A stretch of 60,703 nucleotides of DNA, counting the filler, from Catajapyx aquilonaris (Eukaryota): the NCBI GenBank assembly GCA_000934665.2. It is 2 parts of 2 records of this genome, joined end to end, with 100 filler letters (N's around TTAATTAATTAA, not from the genome) between each part and the next. Parts side by side here need not be neighbours in the genome. Positions count along the whole stretch, not along the records: positions 1 to 30,314 come from JYFJ02004656.1; 1 more part is not named here. The stretch is one strand, 5' to 3'. The position numbers were made by a program, and so were the translations under genes. Under the pieces are notes generated by a model that saw only the letters and a list, made by a program, of their open reading frames with translations, searched no databases and was not told the DNA's origin. This document shows, piece after piece, positions 1 through 12,026 of the stretch (position 1 is its first letter; every line of letters begins with the position of its first letter).

Positions 1-69
1 TAGTTCATATGTTGGGTTAGCTTGCATCTCCCTTCATCGCTGACTACCCCTCATAGGGAAATGTCGTGA

Positions 70-100
<31 letters not shown>

Positions 101-101
101 G
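70..101. repeat. (TTG)n microsatellite directly upstream of a splice acceptor
   Basis: About 10 TTG units ending at the CAG acceptor of the nAChR-like gene 1 last exon. The repeat is not expanded at the paralogous acceptor (2461-2475). Confidence 0.9.
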
Positions 102-104
102 CAG

Positions 105-263
105 CAGGCTCACAGCAACAATCCTGAATCAGATGGAGGGTTATTAGACGCGTCTTCCGGCTTGCCAAAAGGGTCGTGGGATTGGTTGGTGCTTCTCTTC
201 GACAGGCTCGCATTTCTTTTGTACCTCGTTGTATTTATTGCGTTTATAATGGCTCTCTTGTGA
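105..263 (+). CDS. Last (TM4) exon of divergent nAChR-like Cys-loop subunit gene 1; the rest of the gene lies upstream of the window
   Basis: After a CAGCAG acceptor it encodes ...SWDWLVLLFDRLAFLLYLVVFIAFIMALL* (W..DR TM4 signature). It is 156/159 nt identical to the last exon of gene 2. AATAAA at 415-420. Confidence 0.85.
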   Translation, partial: QAHSNNPESDGGLLDASSGLPKGSWDWLVLLFDRLAFLLYLVVFIAFIMALL

Positions 264-880
264 GCGACTCGGGGAGTCTGCATTGCCATTTCTAAATATT
301 TAATGCACATTATTTTGCTAGCTCCTGTGCAGTATAAATATTGTTCGATGATCTCTAGTGTAATGTGCAATCTGTGTAAGTTTATGTACTGTATGACTAT
401 TGCTTGCTGAAAGCAATAAACTGATAAATAACTGCCTTGTTGGAGAAAAATTCATTGTCGCCCCAAGTGATGGTGAACAGGCTGCTCATTCACATGCAAC
501 ATTTCAGATATAGCAAATTACATGAGGACTAGGGCACTGATAAAGTGCAGGAATTAACTAACCGGGTTTCAAATTGGAACTATGCATCATCATCATATCA
601 TCATTATTATATGACGAGTGTTCTGTTCTTATTAGCGAATACTATACTGCGATTGTCTTGTTTCTAGAAAAATTTATTCATTCAGATGAGATTAGATTAC
701 TCAACCAGAGCAGAGGATCAGTTGGCAGAGAGGGAGGGAGACATGTGATAAGCCCAGCTAGGAAGTTATGCGGGGTGTCATCAGGAATTAATTTCATTTC
801 CATGGCCTACATGTTGCATTTGATCGGTTTGCATGTAGCCTACACTTTGTACTACTTGTGCACATAAGAGCTCTCCTGCC

Positions 881-2634
881 ATGGATTGGCCTGCGAAGAG
901 GACGTGGCTCTTCCTCTACCTTTGTCTTCATATTTCCTTCAGGGAAGCTTTAGGTAAGTTCAGCAGATCTCTGTGGCATATTCACTTTCAAGTGTTTCGT
1001 TGCGTTCAGGAGTCGCCGCGAATCCTAAAGAAGCAAATTACGACTGCATCAAGAATCTCCGAGCAGACATTTTCTCTGGATACGACAAAAATGCAAGGCC
1101 TGTCAAAACACACAATACTACGACCATCGTTTACGCTATGTTAAATCCGACGTACTTCTACATAGTGGGTCATTTAATATTGCTATTTGACGAAGGTAAC
1201 GCGTCATATTCATATCATAACTGTTACGCATATTCCTTCTCAGGATGAAGTTAAGAACATGCTAACAATTCATGGGTGGTACGAATTGGTAAGAAATTAT
1301 CACCTTATCAGCAAAAAGAATTATAGCCTGCACTAACTTTCTGTTATATACTGCAGGACTGGAGAGATGAACACCTCCAGTGGACACGAGGAAGTTACTG
1401 CAATCTAACATCTGTTCACGTTGCAATCGACGAATTGTGGGTACCTGACGTCACGGTGCACAATAAGTAAATGCTCGCTTTTTGTTGTTTCCTTTTGTTG
1501 CAATGCACACACAATTTTGTGAATATTTTACAGTGCAGATCTCAGCGACATAGACCACTTTAAATCTGCGGGAGCAACAGTGACCCCGGAAGGTTGGGTG
1601 TTTTGGGACCCTGGTACAAAATTTCAAACTTGGTGCCAGATTGACCTGCGACAATGGCCATACGACACCCAACAGTGCAACATAAGTGTAGGTTCCTGGT
1701 CGAATTTTGGAGAAGACCTGGACCTGAAGGGATGGGTGCGAAACGGAACGGTCAACATGTATTATTTGAACAAATATCCAAGTAGAGAATGGGATGTTTC
1801 ATCATTCGAAGGTTACTCGATGCGATGGGGAGACGATACGTTTTTCTATCCTTATGTGTGGTACGAGTTGAAAATCATGAGAAGATCCGAAAGCTACTCA
1901 GCTTCTGTCACTGTTCCTGCTTTAAGTGAGTAGGACAAGTTAATAAATATTATCATCCCGCTTAATTAACCTCCCTGCATTTGACCTCCTAGTTATTGTA
2001 TTGTTGAACCTGGCCACGTTTTGGTTTCATCCAACATCGCCCGAGAGACTGTACGTCAGCTTGGCAAACGCAATCATCGCATCTTTGTTCCTCCAATACC
2101 TTGGAAGTCTCATCCCCAGCAACGGATCTTACGCTCCTCTCATAGGTAGAGTATATCCTCATTTTAGGAATATTGTGAAGTGCAACCTTGAATGTCAGAA
2201 ATATTACATTTACATGCCATATTCCTCTTTTCCGCAGTGCTGTTCTTTCGAGACTCTCTGGTAATGATCGGAATATCTATCGCGATGACAATAGTATTTC
2301 GTCGCCTTCTGAGCATCCAACGGACAAGTCCTATTCCTTTGCCATTATTTGTCACCAATCTGGTCGACGGATGGTTCGGAAAAATACTCTGCCTCAGGGG
2401 CACGGAGGTAAAGCACGTTCGTTGCAACCGATATGAGCAATTGATTGTAATCATTTTCGTCTTACTTTGTTGCAGCAGGCTCACAGCAACAATCCTGAAT
2501 CAGATGGAGGGTTATTAGACGCGTCTTCCGGCTTGCCAAAAGGGTCGTGGGATTGGTTGGTGCTTCTCTTCGACAGGCTCGCATTTATTTTGTACCTCGT
2601 TGTATTTGCTGCGTTTATAATGGCTCTCTTGTGA
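881..2634 (+). CDS. Divergent nicotinic acetylcholine receptor-like subunit, non-alpha type, about 418 aa, 8 exons
   Basis: GT-AG exons 881-953, 1010-1164, 1244-1288, 1357-1466, 1534-1925, 1993-2145, 2238-2407 and 2476-2634 join in frame (1257 nt). Contains a signal peptide, YDKNARPV, LWVPDV, the Cys-loop CQIDLRQWPYDTQQC, loop B GSW and four TM segments. There is no vicinal CC in loop C. The 45-nt and 110-nt exons typical of nAChR genes are present. Confidence 0.92.
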
Positions 2635-4850
2635 GCAATTCTGGGAGTCCGCAATTGTCATTGCTTTGGTTCTTCCCTGTAAATACTTATATTAATGAGA
2701 ATTATTTTGCTTCCTCCTCCATGCAGTAGAAAATACTGCATGTTTTCAATAATCGCCACTCTGCTACGTGCAAACTACGCTGAAAGTAATAAATGACTCT
2801 CTTGTAGAAAGAAGAAACATTTATCGCCATAATTATGTGCACGAAATGGCGAAAGAGAGAGCATGAAATTATTTGATTTATAAAAGGCAGAGACATTTTA
2901 AAATAATTTTTCCTAGGTATATAAATGCGCCTCAGTAATACACATCAGTTCGACAAACTGTACATGTGTGTCTTACACCATGAGACGTACCGTGAGAGCA
3001 ATGGTTTTTGCCTCCATGGCGCAACATGCCTATAAAGGAGATATATATGCTGCTGCACTTCCTAAGTGCCAACAGCTGAATTTATTAAGGTTAACTGCAA
3101 AATATTAAGCCAAAAGTAGGATAGTTTACACTACACTAATGAAGCCATATGCTATGTGTGGTTGGTGGTCTCATGTTATTGTCGAGTTGAAAGTTCTGCC
3201 TTATCACCGACTGTACCCCTACTATTCATGATTGAAGAGTGTACAATCGCAGTGTACTATTTTTGACAAGCATGTCATTTTTGCAGGAAGAATATGATGA
3301 ACCGTGATGCTGAGACATTGGCTAATTTATTTTGTCTTAATTGTGTCTGGGTCGGCTTGGCCAGAAACATTCTTTTGAGACTGTTTGTACAGTTCTGTAT
3401 GCAGTACAGTATCTATTGCGTATATGTGACCACTTCCGAACTGACATCTCTATTCGCACTTCCCGTTGGTCAATAAAAAAGGGTCGTAGATCACACATGA
3501 GAAATACTTCGACCTTGTGTGCCGATTACAGGCACAATCAGGTCACCTCGGGCATTGGCGAAATGCAAAACTCGAAGCTACGAAGCCCTTATCTCCTCTG
3601 CGACGATACACGAGCACACATGCACTTGGGAAATGGCTATTAGATGCAAATAAAGAGTAGGACACAAAAATTTCTGTCCCAAATTTTTGAAATTTGGGAC
3701 AGAAGCTGCGCGTTTTTCTTTGCAGTGTCCTTTTACCCTTATTTACTATGGAGCTCTGTTGATTGATGCGCACAATAAGCTACTTCATCGCCTCAATATA
3801 GGTTCGTTAACAGTGTCAAGCGTGAATGGACGGACCTCCCCTTCTCAACTGACCATCATTGACATTGCTTCTTCTCTTCGCGATGCCTGCTTACCCTCCA
3901 CTTCATGCCTTCAGTTTTAGTCGCAAAAAAAGAGGACCGGACTATTTTGGAAGATGTGTCACATTCTCGGCCCCCCTTCCTCTTCCCCTTGCTACCCTCT
4001 GTCTTTAACCTCCTCGAACGTCCAAACACAAAAAAATAGTGTCTTCCTCCAGGAAAACCACGGAATATTAGGCTGTATAGAATTATTCCATCTTATACTT
4101 CATGTACAGTACAGACAATACAAGGGCAAATCAATAAGTAACGCACAATAATTTTTTTCGAGCCAAGATTAATGTCAATAACAAATGTTTTTTTTAGGTG
4201 ACAGCAAGGGAAAATCTTTTGGCTATTTTTCAACATATGAATATCGCACAAGGAAAATCCCAAAAGTGTTTGCTATGTCTCTCAAATTTTAGCATATTTT
4301 TATATTTACTAATTACAACTAGTTATGTTAAGACGTTTATAGACTATACAGAATTGGAAGTAATTAATTACTGTAGGAAGATCCCGCATTTTCTTTCTTC
4401 TGTCACTCAAGTTTTAATATGCTTAATATTTTATGGATTTAACTAGGCCAGGTTATTCCCTGTGAAGATGTGAATATCATACATCATTCATGTTCCCTTA
4501 ATTTGCAGTCGTACAACCGGGGCTAAATCCAAGACCGTCATTGCCAACTTCACAATGTGACATAAGGTGGCACAGGACCTATTTATCTGAGGTGGTTGAA
4601 ACAAAGTTATTTCTAATCGACTGGGATTTTTTTTCTATCTCTTTCTGTGGGAGAGGGCACGGAAGACATAGTTTGGTAGGCGGGAGCCAATGCCCGTGTC
4701 GACGAATTGAAAGTGGCCTGTAGGTTTGGCACAAGTCCATCGTCGACAAAGGGAGGATGGTATGGGGAGGTAGGAGGGGAGGGTTGGGTCAAAAGTGGGT
4801 CTGCTCAAGCAAAGAGAAGACTATATCACTTGAAAGACCACGGCGAAAGG

Positions 4851-7800
4851 ATGAGGGTCTTGACACTTCTCATCTTGCTCGTCGCCTTGGCAGGTAAGAC
4901 CACTTTCGTTCAAAAAAAATCGCGATCCGAGTCATATTGTACAACAATAACAAATCAAATTTGTCTAAAATTGGAGCTGGTGTCAATGTGACATTGGGAA
5001 GGTTCTGAAATAACCCGAGACTTCGCCACTTTTATTTTGCCATCGCCCTTCAGGAGGCAGTGGTTGTAAAAGTAGATCGTTGGCACCACACCTCGACTGT
5101 TTACAAAAACCGTGGCGGCAAAGTGTACTTATGATTCCTTTGGGAAGCATCTCTTTCTTCCCCCAGCAGCAGGGTACAGGCTGCTATAAATAAAAAAGGG
5201 GGGTCTAATGGAATGGAATTACAATAGGTTTGTTGCTCTTTGGTTCGCAGCCAACGGAAGCGCAGCGGAAGGTCAGAGGGCATCCAAATTGAGGGAACTG
5301 ATATTGAGAGGATACGACCACTATGTCCGACCAGTTAGAAACCCAAACGCGGCAGTGCAAGTCGCACTGCAGCTTAATGTCCTCAGAGCTGAACTGGTAA
5401 GTCTCGCTTGTATTTTCAAGAGGTGAGATCCTAAATCGGAAATCTTCTGGTTGAAGTGAAAATTTGGCTCCAATAAAAAAATAACACAGAGTTTTTATAA
5501 ATATATTGCTAGTAGGATAGAAAGAAAAATCCATAGAATTTGTGTTCGATGAATCGAACGAATTATTATTATCATTAGTCTGTACTTATTATTAGCGACC
5601 AAACATTACGTTCATTTCCGAATGAAAAAAAAGTGTAATTGAATTATCAAACATTGACGTTCGATACTTACACAAAAATATAGGCTGCTTAATTCTGTCC
5701 TACAGAAAATCTGTGGTGGCGGCATAAAATATCAATATTATCTCCAAATTAATATTTGTACGTGTTAATATAATTATCTGTTTTCAAGAAAGCACTGCAG
5801 CATCAATTTTTGTCAATAGTGCAAAAAGAGAGAAGAAGTGTCGGTGAAAATCTTCTCTGGTTTTGCCTCATTTATTTTGAAATGTTAAGGACGCCCGTAC
5901 AGTGCAAGCTGAATGACTGTACTGTTGCCAGAAAGAGCAGAAAAAACTGTCGCGCAAATCAATCTCTTGCGGCTTGTCTTGCGGGGAATTCTTGAAAGTA
6001 TTCCTGCAGAGTGAAAAAGACAATGCAAGGGCAGAACATTCGTATGATACCTTTTTTAAAAAAAATTACTCAGATGATAAGAGAACGTATTGTCATCATC
6101 ATAACACCGTTTAAAAATTTAACTGGGTTTTCTCATCATTCGTGTTTCCTAAAATATATCACAGCATAATCAATGCTTTAATTGACATCTAATTTCTCCT
6201 GATTACTTCGATATAATTTGTATTCTTTTTATTTTTATTATTGTATTACTGTATTACAGGATGATGCCACAAATGTTCTTCATAGCAACACCTGGATAAA
6301 GATGGTAAAAATGAATATATGTGCAAAAATAATTTTCAATGACCTTTGATGTCCTTTGCTCATGTTATCAATGTTTCAGGGTTGGAAAGATGAGTTTCTT
6401 CGCTGGGACACAACAGAATTCAAGGACATAAAAATGCTTTCCATCAGTTCTGACCTCGTGTGGATCCCAGATATCACTGTCTTCAATAGGTCGGGCAATA
6501 AAACTTCTCTGCTCTGATTCGTGCATAATAATCTGCTCATCGTATTGTAAAAATAATTTCAGTGCCAAAGACGTGTTGAGCGTACCCACAATGAAGAGCA
6601 ATGTGGTCATCTTCTCCAACGGAGAGGTCCTTTGGGTGCCTCCCTTCTCCACGTCCACATTCTGCGATGCCGACTTCACTTCCTGGCCTTTCGACTCTCA
6701 ATCATGCCAGGTCAAAATGGGATCATGGACTTTCGACGAGGGAAAAATCAATCTGAACATCTCAGGTGGCGATGTGAGTTTTTAGAAATTAAATTATACT
6801 AAATAATCTGCATATTTTGGTAATGTTGATTCGCTACAGTTGGTAGGTGAGGTCAACCACGTCAGCCTAAACTGGGAGGTGAAAAATGTGACAGCGAAGA
6901 AAAACTCTGTCAAATATCCCTGCTGTGTTGAGCGTTACCAGGACATCACCTTCACTATCAAACTACGACGTATCTTTGTCTTCGATCGTCTCCTGGCCAC
7001 TCTTCCAGCAATTGGCACGTATTACATTCGTCATTGGAAAAAAAATATGTTACATCTCCATATAGATTCAACTAATGCAATCCTTTTCATTTAGCCGTGT
7101 GTATGCTGACACTGACCCTCTTCTGGGTACCACCCGGATCTATCCAAAAGACAATCATTGGCGGGATTAACCTAATAATCGTCGTGATGGTCCTCCTGAC
7201 CATGAGATTCATCATCCCCAAAACTGGTCAAAGCGTCCCACGTATCAGTAAGTGTCTGAATCACCGTTTGTTTGACCCATATGTATATATCTGACCTCTT
7301 TTTTTCAGTCATCTTCTACTCGGTGACCCTCTTCCTGGTCGTGGTTTCATTGGTGGTGTCGGTGGTGGTGACCAACATGGCTTCGAGGCAAAGGGATGTT
7401 CCTCCAGGATGGAAGAAGATGACCACCGGATTCTGGGGGAAATTGTACTGCTTGACTCAGAAGAGCAAGAAAGTAATTTGGCTGTACAGTGTGACGTCTT
7501 ACCTTTACCTCGCATGAGCTTAACTGACGCAATTTTATTGCGCATTGAGGCAGCCAAAGTTTCGATCCTACTCTTGAAAGTATCGCAATAAAATTGCGCA
7601 GTGTTTAGGACAAACGTGGGACGAAACAAAATCTGAAAGAAATTAATATCTATAAATAAGTCAAACTCGTACAATTAATTATGACTTGTTCAGAAACTAA
7701 CCTTCGATTTCTGTCCCTGTCTGACCTATAACATGGCCTCACATTAACAAACTAATACACTTCATGATCTTCTACAACTCATTATTTAATTTTTCTGTCT

Positions 7801-7962
7801 GATGTTAAGGGTGACGAATCAAGCGCCGAAGACGACCCCTGCAAGAACAAGCCAGCCTTGACTACAGAGCAAGAGTGGAACTTGGTTTCCAAGGCAGTAG
7901 ACAGACTCTTCTTCTACATATTCCTCATTCTCATCCTGATCCTGCTGGGTCTCTATCTGTAA
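4851..7962 (+). CDS. Divergent nicotinic acetylcholine receptor-like subunit, alpha type, about 399 aa, 9 exons
   Basis: Exons 4851-4893, 5251-5396, 6260-6304, 6380-6489, 6563-6773, 6840-7014 (GC donor), 7095-7247, 7309-7472 and 7810-7962 join in frame (1200 nt). Contains the signal peptide MRVLTLLILLVALA, YDHYVRPV, VWIPDI, the Cys-loop CDADFTSWPFDSQSC, GSWTF, loop C YPCCVERY, and TM4 EWNLVSKAVDRLFF. The TM3-TM4 loop is short. Confidence 0.92.
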
Positions 7963-8649
7963 GATAGAGGCAGCATAACCTATGATATAATATGCAATTT
8001 TTTAACACGAGATCATTATGATCATCTAGCCCAATAAGCGACAAATCCTGAGGAATTTGGTGGATGACATGGAGAGTTAATCATTGTTCTAACCTTGGTA
8101 TTTTAGCCTCTGCTCCAAACTTTGCATTGCTGTGTATGTTCAAAAAAAAATGGCCTGCAATCAATTGTCTATTTTTATATGCCTTCTTGCATTGCCATGT
8201 AAATGTACTGCAGTTCAAATAAAATGTTTATTGATGTGCTCGTGCAAATACGTCTGTGTAAATGTCTTATTACCAAGTGCGGTTGCTGCAATTATGGTAT
8301 TGAGGTCATTCTTCAATTGCTTAATTGGAGAGGCTGAAGTATCCACACAGCTAATTATTTTGTTACACAATTCTTTAGGATTAATGCTCTTCCTTCCTCA
8401 TTCTCCATCACTCTGGCAGCAGCTTTATCAGGTCATTGTGGTGCAACATAACGAAAATCTCGCGGTCACCGGATGTCAGATTGGCAGCACAAGGAAGGAT
8501 ATCCTTGTCTGCAGCTCAAAGTTTCCTTACGCTGACCGCAAGCAAGTTTGATAAACTCGGAGCACTGACTTCATAAAGAGTCAAGCTCCAGAACATAGTG
8601 GTAGTCGCTACATGTTGTTCCGTCATCACGGGCACACCTCTATAGAAAA

Positions 8650-9278
8650 ATGATCACTTTGGCCCTACTAATTGCAGTCATTGTCACTGTCGGTAAGTCT
8701 CGTTTTGGACAAAATATTTGTCGTTGTTCTATAGTCCATTAATAGTGGAGCAAATATGTGACCCTCAGATGCAACAAACAGCAGCACATTAGATCCTGAG
8801 CAGTTGTACGTGAAGGTCGGAAGCACTGTGCCATTGCACTGCTCCTTGGACCGAGACGAGGCTGACACCGGTCATATCGTTTGGTACCACGGGGACTCCC
8901 GGATAGGCAACGCTTCAGATGAACGGATCACTGCTGAATATGGGGCTGAGCATAACAGAACGGTGCTGACCAGCGTCTTGCGGATCAGTCGCGTAAGGCC
9001 CAGTGACTCCGGAAACTACACCTGCTCACTAAGTAGCAACAGCAGCACCATGGCCAGCTTCGTCCTTCATGTCTTGACAGGTCAGTTGACAACAAGTCTA
9101 CTGACACCTGATCTGTACATTAATGGTGCTTATTTTTTTCATCCTTCCAGGAGAAAGCCCTGCTGTCGTGCATCATTCAAATCATACTCTTGTCAGCATC
9201 TCGTCGACTGTACATCACAATCTGCATACTCTGTTTGCATGTAGTATTGGATTATTAATTATTATGTTGATTTTGTGA
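8650..9278 (+). CDS. Single-Ig-domain cell-surface protein, Dpr-like (second Ig domain only), probably GPI-anchored, about 160 aa
   Basis: Exons 8650-8692 (signal MITLALLIAVIVTV), 8769-9080 (LYVKVGSTVPLHC..IVWYH..LRISRVRPSDSGNYTC..LHVLT) and 9151-9278 (GESPAVV...hydrophobic tail FACSIGLLIIMLIL*) join in frame (483 nt). Confidence 0.85.
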
Positions 9279-10226
9279 CAATTCTAAATGATAACCTGGA
9301 TAAATAGAAATTGTTTATTAATTATTCCTGCATTTATGGCCCAATAAGGGCCAAAGTTCAAGGTGGCTTGAAAACTTAGCATGTATTGTTAGTAGACTTA
9401 TATGGCTCTGTCAAACAAAATGTAACGCTACTTTTGGGTGGTCCCTTCAAGAGTGTTATATCGAGGTTTTACTGTATTTAAATATTAGTGTTGATTGCTT
9501 AAAAACTAATATGCTACTGTATAATGGACTTTATTGGCCTTAGTTGTGTTGATCCACTCAGGCATAATTATATGCAGAGAAAATGCATGAATTTGAAAAC
9601 ACCAGCAATGCAGGAACTGTCATTACTCATTGTTAGTGTGGCATGTAAATGATGTCATTAGACTGTATGTCATTCACCCGGGATGACTATATACCCATGT
9701 TGGAAGTCATGCACTGTGCTATGTGCCTCAACTGAAGTGTCCTGGCATTTAAGTTAGAAAGTTTTCATCCTCAGCTCATTACTACTACAGTACAAAGCAA
9801 TGTCCAATGCTTGCTTTTAGAGCAATTAAAAATACTGGACCGATTCATTCACTCTCTGAATAATTGTAATAAATTTCAGCACTTAAGCCATTGTGAGTAA
9901 CCTATTGTGACCAATAAGCACCCAAGGTCAATATATTGTTCAACTTAATTGATTTCAGGCTAGGTTTTCTAGTAACGCTTCAAACAATGTGCCTGTATCT
10001 CTGTGGCTTCAGCCACCGGATGTAAAGTTGGGCAAGGCACAGCGATTGCTGATAACTTAATCCACCACAACACTCATCATTGTCGAACAAATCAAGTGTT
10101 GCTGGGGATTGGAAAATCCTTGGAAGGCCAATGTTACTTATGTGCAGTGGAGGTCTGGCTAGGGTGAAGGTAACTTAGCCGTGTATGCTTCATAGTTACA
10201 GCAGTTTGGTCCACCTTCAGGAGAAA

Positions 10227-11757
10227 ATGACAAAACTGGCAGGCACAATGATGATGGGCTGGATGCTGCTCATCCTCCTCATTGTCCGCACTGGTAAGCT
10301 ACAGGCTGGAAACTATTGTAAATACACTGTACTCCCAATTATCCAGGCTATTAAAATGACTGCACGGGTGTTGCCGGATAATTGGAAAACACTAATAATA
10401 ATTGGGAAATGGTCCTAGACATCGTCAAAAATGAGCTATGCACAGGTTATTAATGTACTGATGCAGAAAGTGTAGGCTATGCTTCTTGGTTAAATCAAAA
10501 TAATAAAACTTACCATAGATTTTTTATTTTGGCTGCTAGAAAACGTTGGTCTTCATAGGTGAGACATTTTGACAGTGGGTCGAATTTTCGTCCCACTGCT
10601 AGATACTAAGTTAGCAGTAACTAGCAGTGGGACGAAAATTCCACCCTTGTCAAAATGTCTCACCAACCAACTTTTTCTTGAAACCATCAAAATAATCGAC
10701 ACATTTTTTTCGGACTTTCATTTTAAATTTCATTTTTTGGCGATGCACAGATAATCCACAACACGGACAATCCTCACCCGGACAATCGGGAGTACAGTGT
10801 ATCATGTACGTAGTTGTTACCCCTTCCATACATCACTATGAATTTAGACCCACTTGTATGGACCCAAATGAATGGGAACTAATTACAACACATAATTAGA
10901 TATTTTCTCATTGTTTGTATCAATACAACCAGCCCTCATTCAGAATTACGTACTAAAAGCTGCTAAAAGTTGTTTTACATTATGGTCCAGACGTATGCTC
11001 AAGACACATTCCCAATAACATGCAGTGTACACTAATCAATAAATCATAATACCGAGATGCAAGTCGAAGTAGTAGCTAAGCCATCCGGAGCACATCTCGA
11101 GTGTGCCTGACCTCTTTTACACTCTTAAACCGGAAAACTCTAAATCTTTCAATCACATTTTTACATAAAATATTATTTTAGATGTAATATTCGAAGCCAG
11201 ATGGTGCTATCGATAGTGGCATTATCAATGGTTGCAACAATGGATAAGGAGGATCAAGTACTGCTGGCTCTGGATCAACTTAGAATGCTAATGAAGTTAA
11301 TTAAAAAGTGTCTTGGAATGATCCATTGGTGTGCTATTGACGGGCAGATGCAAGTACTACTATCGTGGGCACTCCCAACATGTACGTGAAGGCCAGAAGC
11401 CCTGTGACCATGAACTGCATAGTGAAACGAGACACAGGCTACATTGGCCACATCTTCTGGTACCATGGGGACACCAGAGTAGATACCACTCCAGGGGTAG
11501 AAACCCTGGTGAATCTACTCTGATAAGTCGCTTGCGTATCACTGCCAGTCTGCAGATTACACCTGCATACCAAGCACTGATGAACCAGCCACTGTGACAC
11601 TATATGTCCTCACTGGTCGGTCTGGCGGAATTTGCAAACCAGAATTTGCCTGATGTATTAGTTTTATTTCCCTTTTCAGGAGAAGCCCCAGCTGTCATCA
11701 ACAATGGAAATCATACAGAGCAGCAATAGTTTGTCAGCACACAATCTGCACACATAA
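10227..11757 (+). pseudogene. Frameshifted tandem paralog of the single-Ig Dpr-like gene
   Basis: Signal exon 10227-10293. The Ig exon 11348-11615 (MYVKARSPVTMNC..HIFWYHGD / STLISRLRI / DYTCIPS..VTLYVLT) is spread over three frames with a stop. The last exon from 11680 (GEAPAVI) has a premature stop and is cut by a SINE. Confidence 0.8.
10325..10799. mobile_element. Tc1/mariner-superfamily MITE containing a nested inverted repeat
   Basis: TIR CACTGTACTCCCAATTATCC / GGACAATCGGGAGTACAGTG flanked by TA. Internal inverted repeat at about 10558-10665. Confidence 0.75.
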
Positions 11758-12026
11758 AATTTCATACCCCGTTATCAGCCATCGGCTCTTTAGGTGGGAA
11801 GTTTGTTTTGCCCGGAACTCTTTGCTTTTTCATTTTACTGTGCTCTTTGGGATAGGATAGGGAGCGGCTGTGGCCTATTAATTACGGAAGAAACTCCGGA
11901 ATTTCCCTGGAAGGACTGTGGGAAACCACAGAAAACCACGGTCAGAGTTGCCGGCCCCGGGATTTGATCCCAGGACCTCCGGATTAGCAGTCGGACACCA
12001 TATCCCCTCCTCCAAACTGCTTCGGC
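11758..12026 (-). mobile_element. tRNA-derived SINE, family A
   Basis: Reverse complement of the copies at about 40815 and 55630. tRNA-like head (GACTGCTAATC, B-box-like motif) and shared core GTGGTTTTCTGTGGTTTCCCAC. Confidence 0.8.

Noticed and set aside
66..104. Poly-Leu signal peptide in ORF 66..263
   Set aside because: It is translation of an intronic (TTG)n microsatellite. The real exon starts at 105 or 108.
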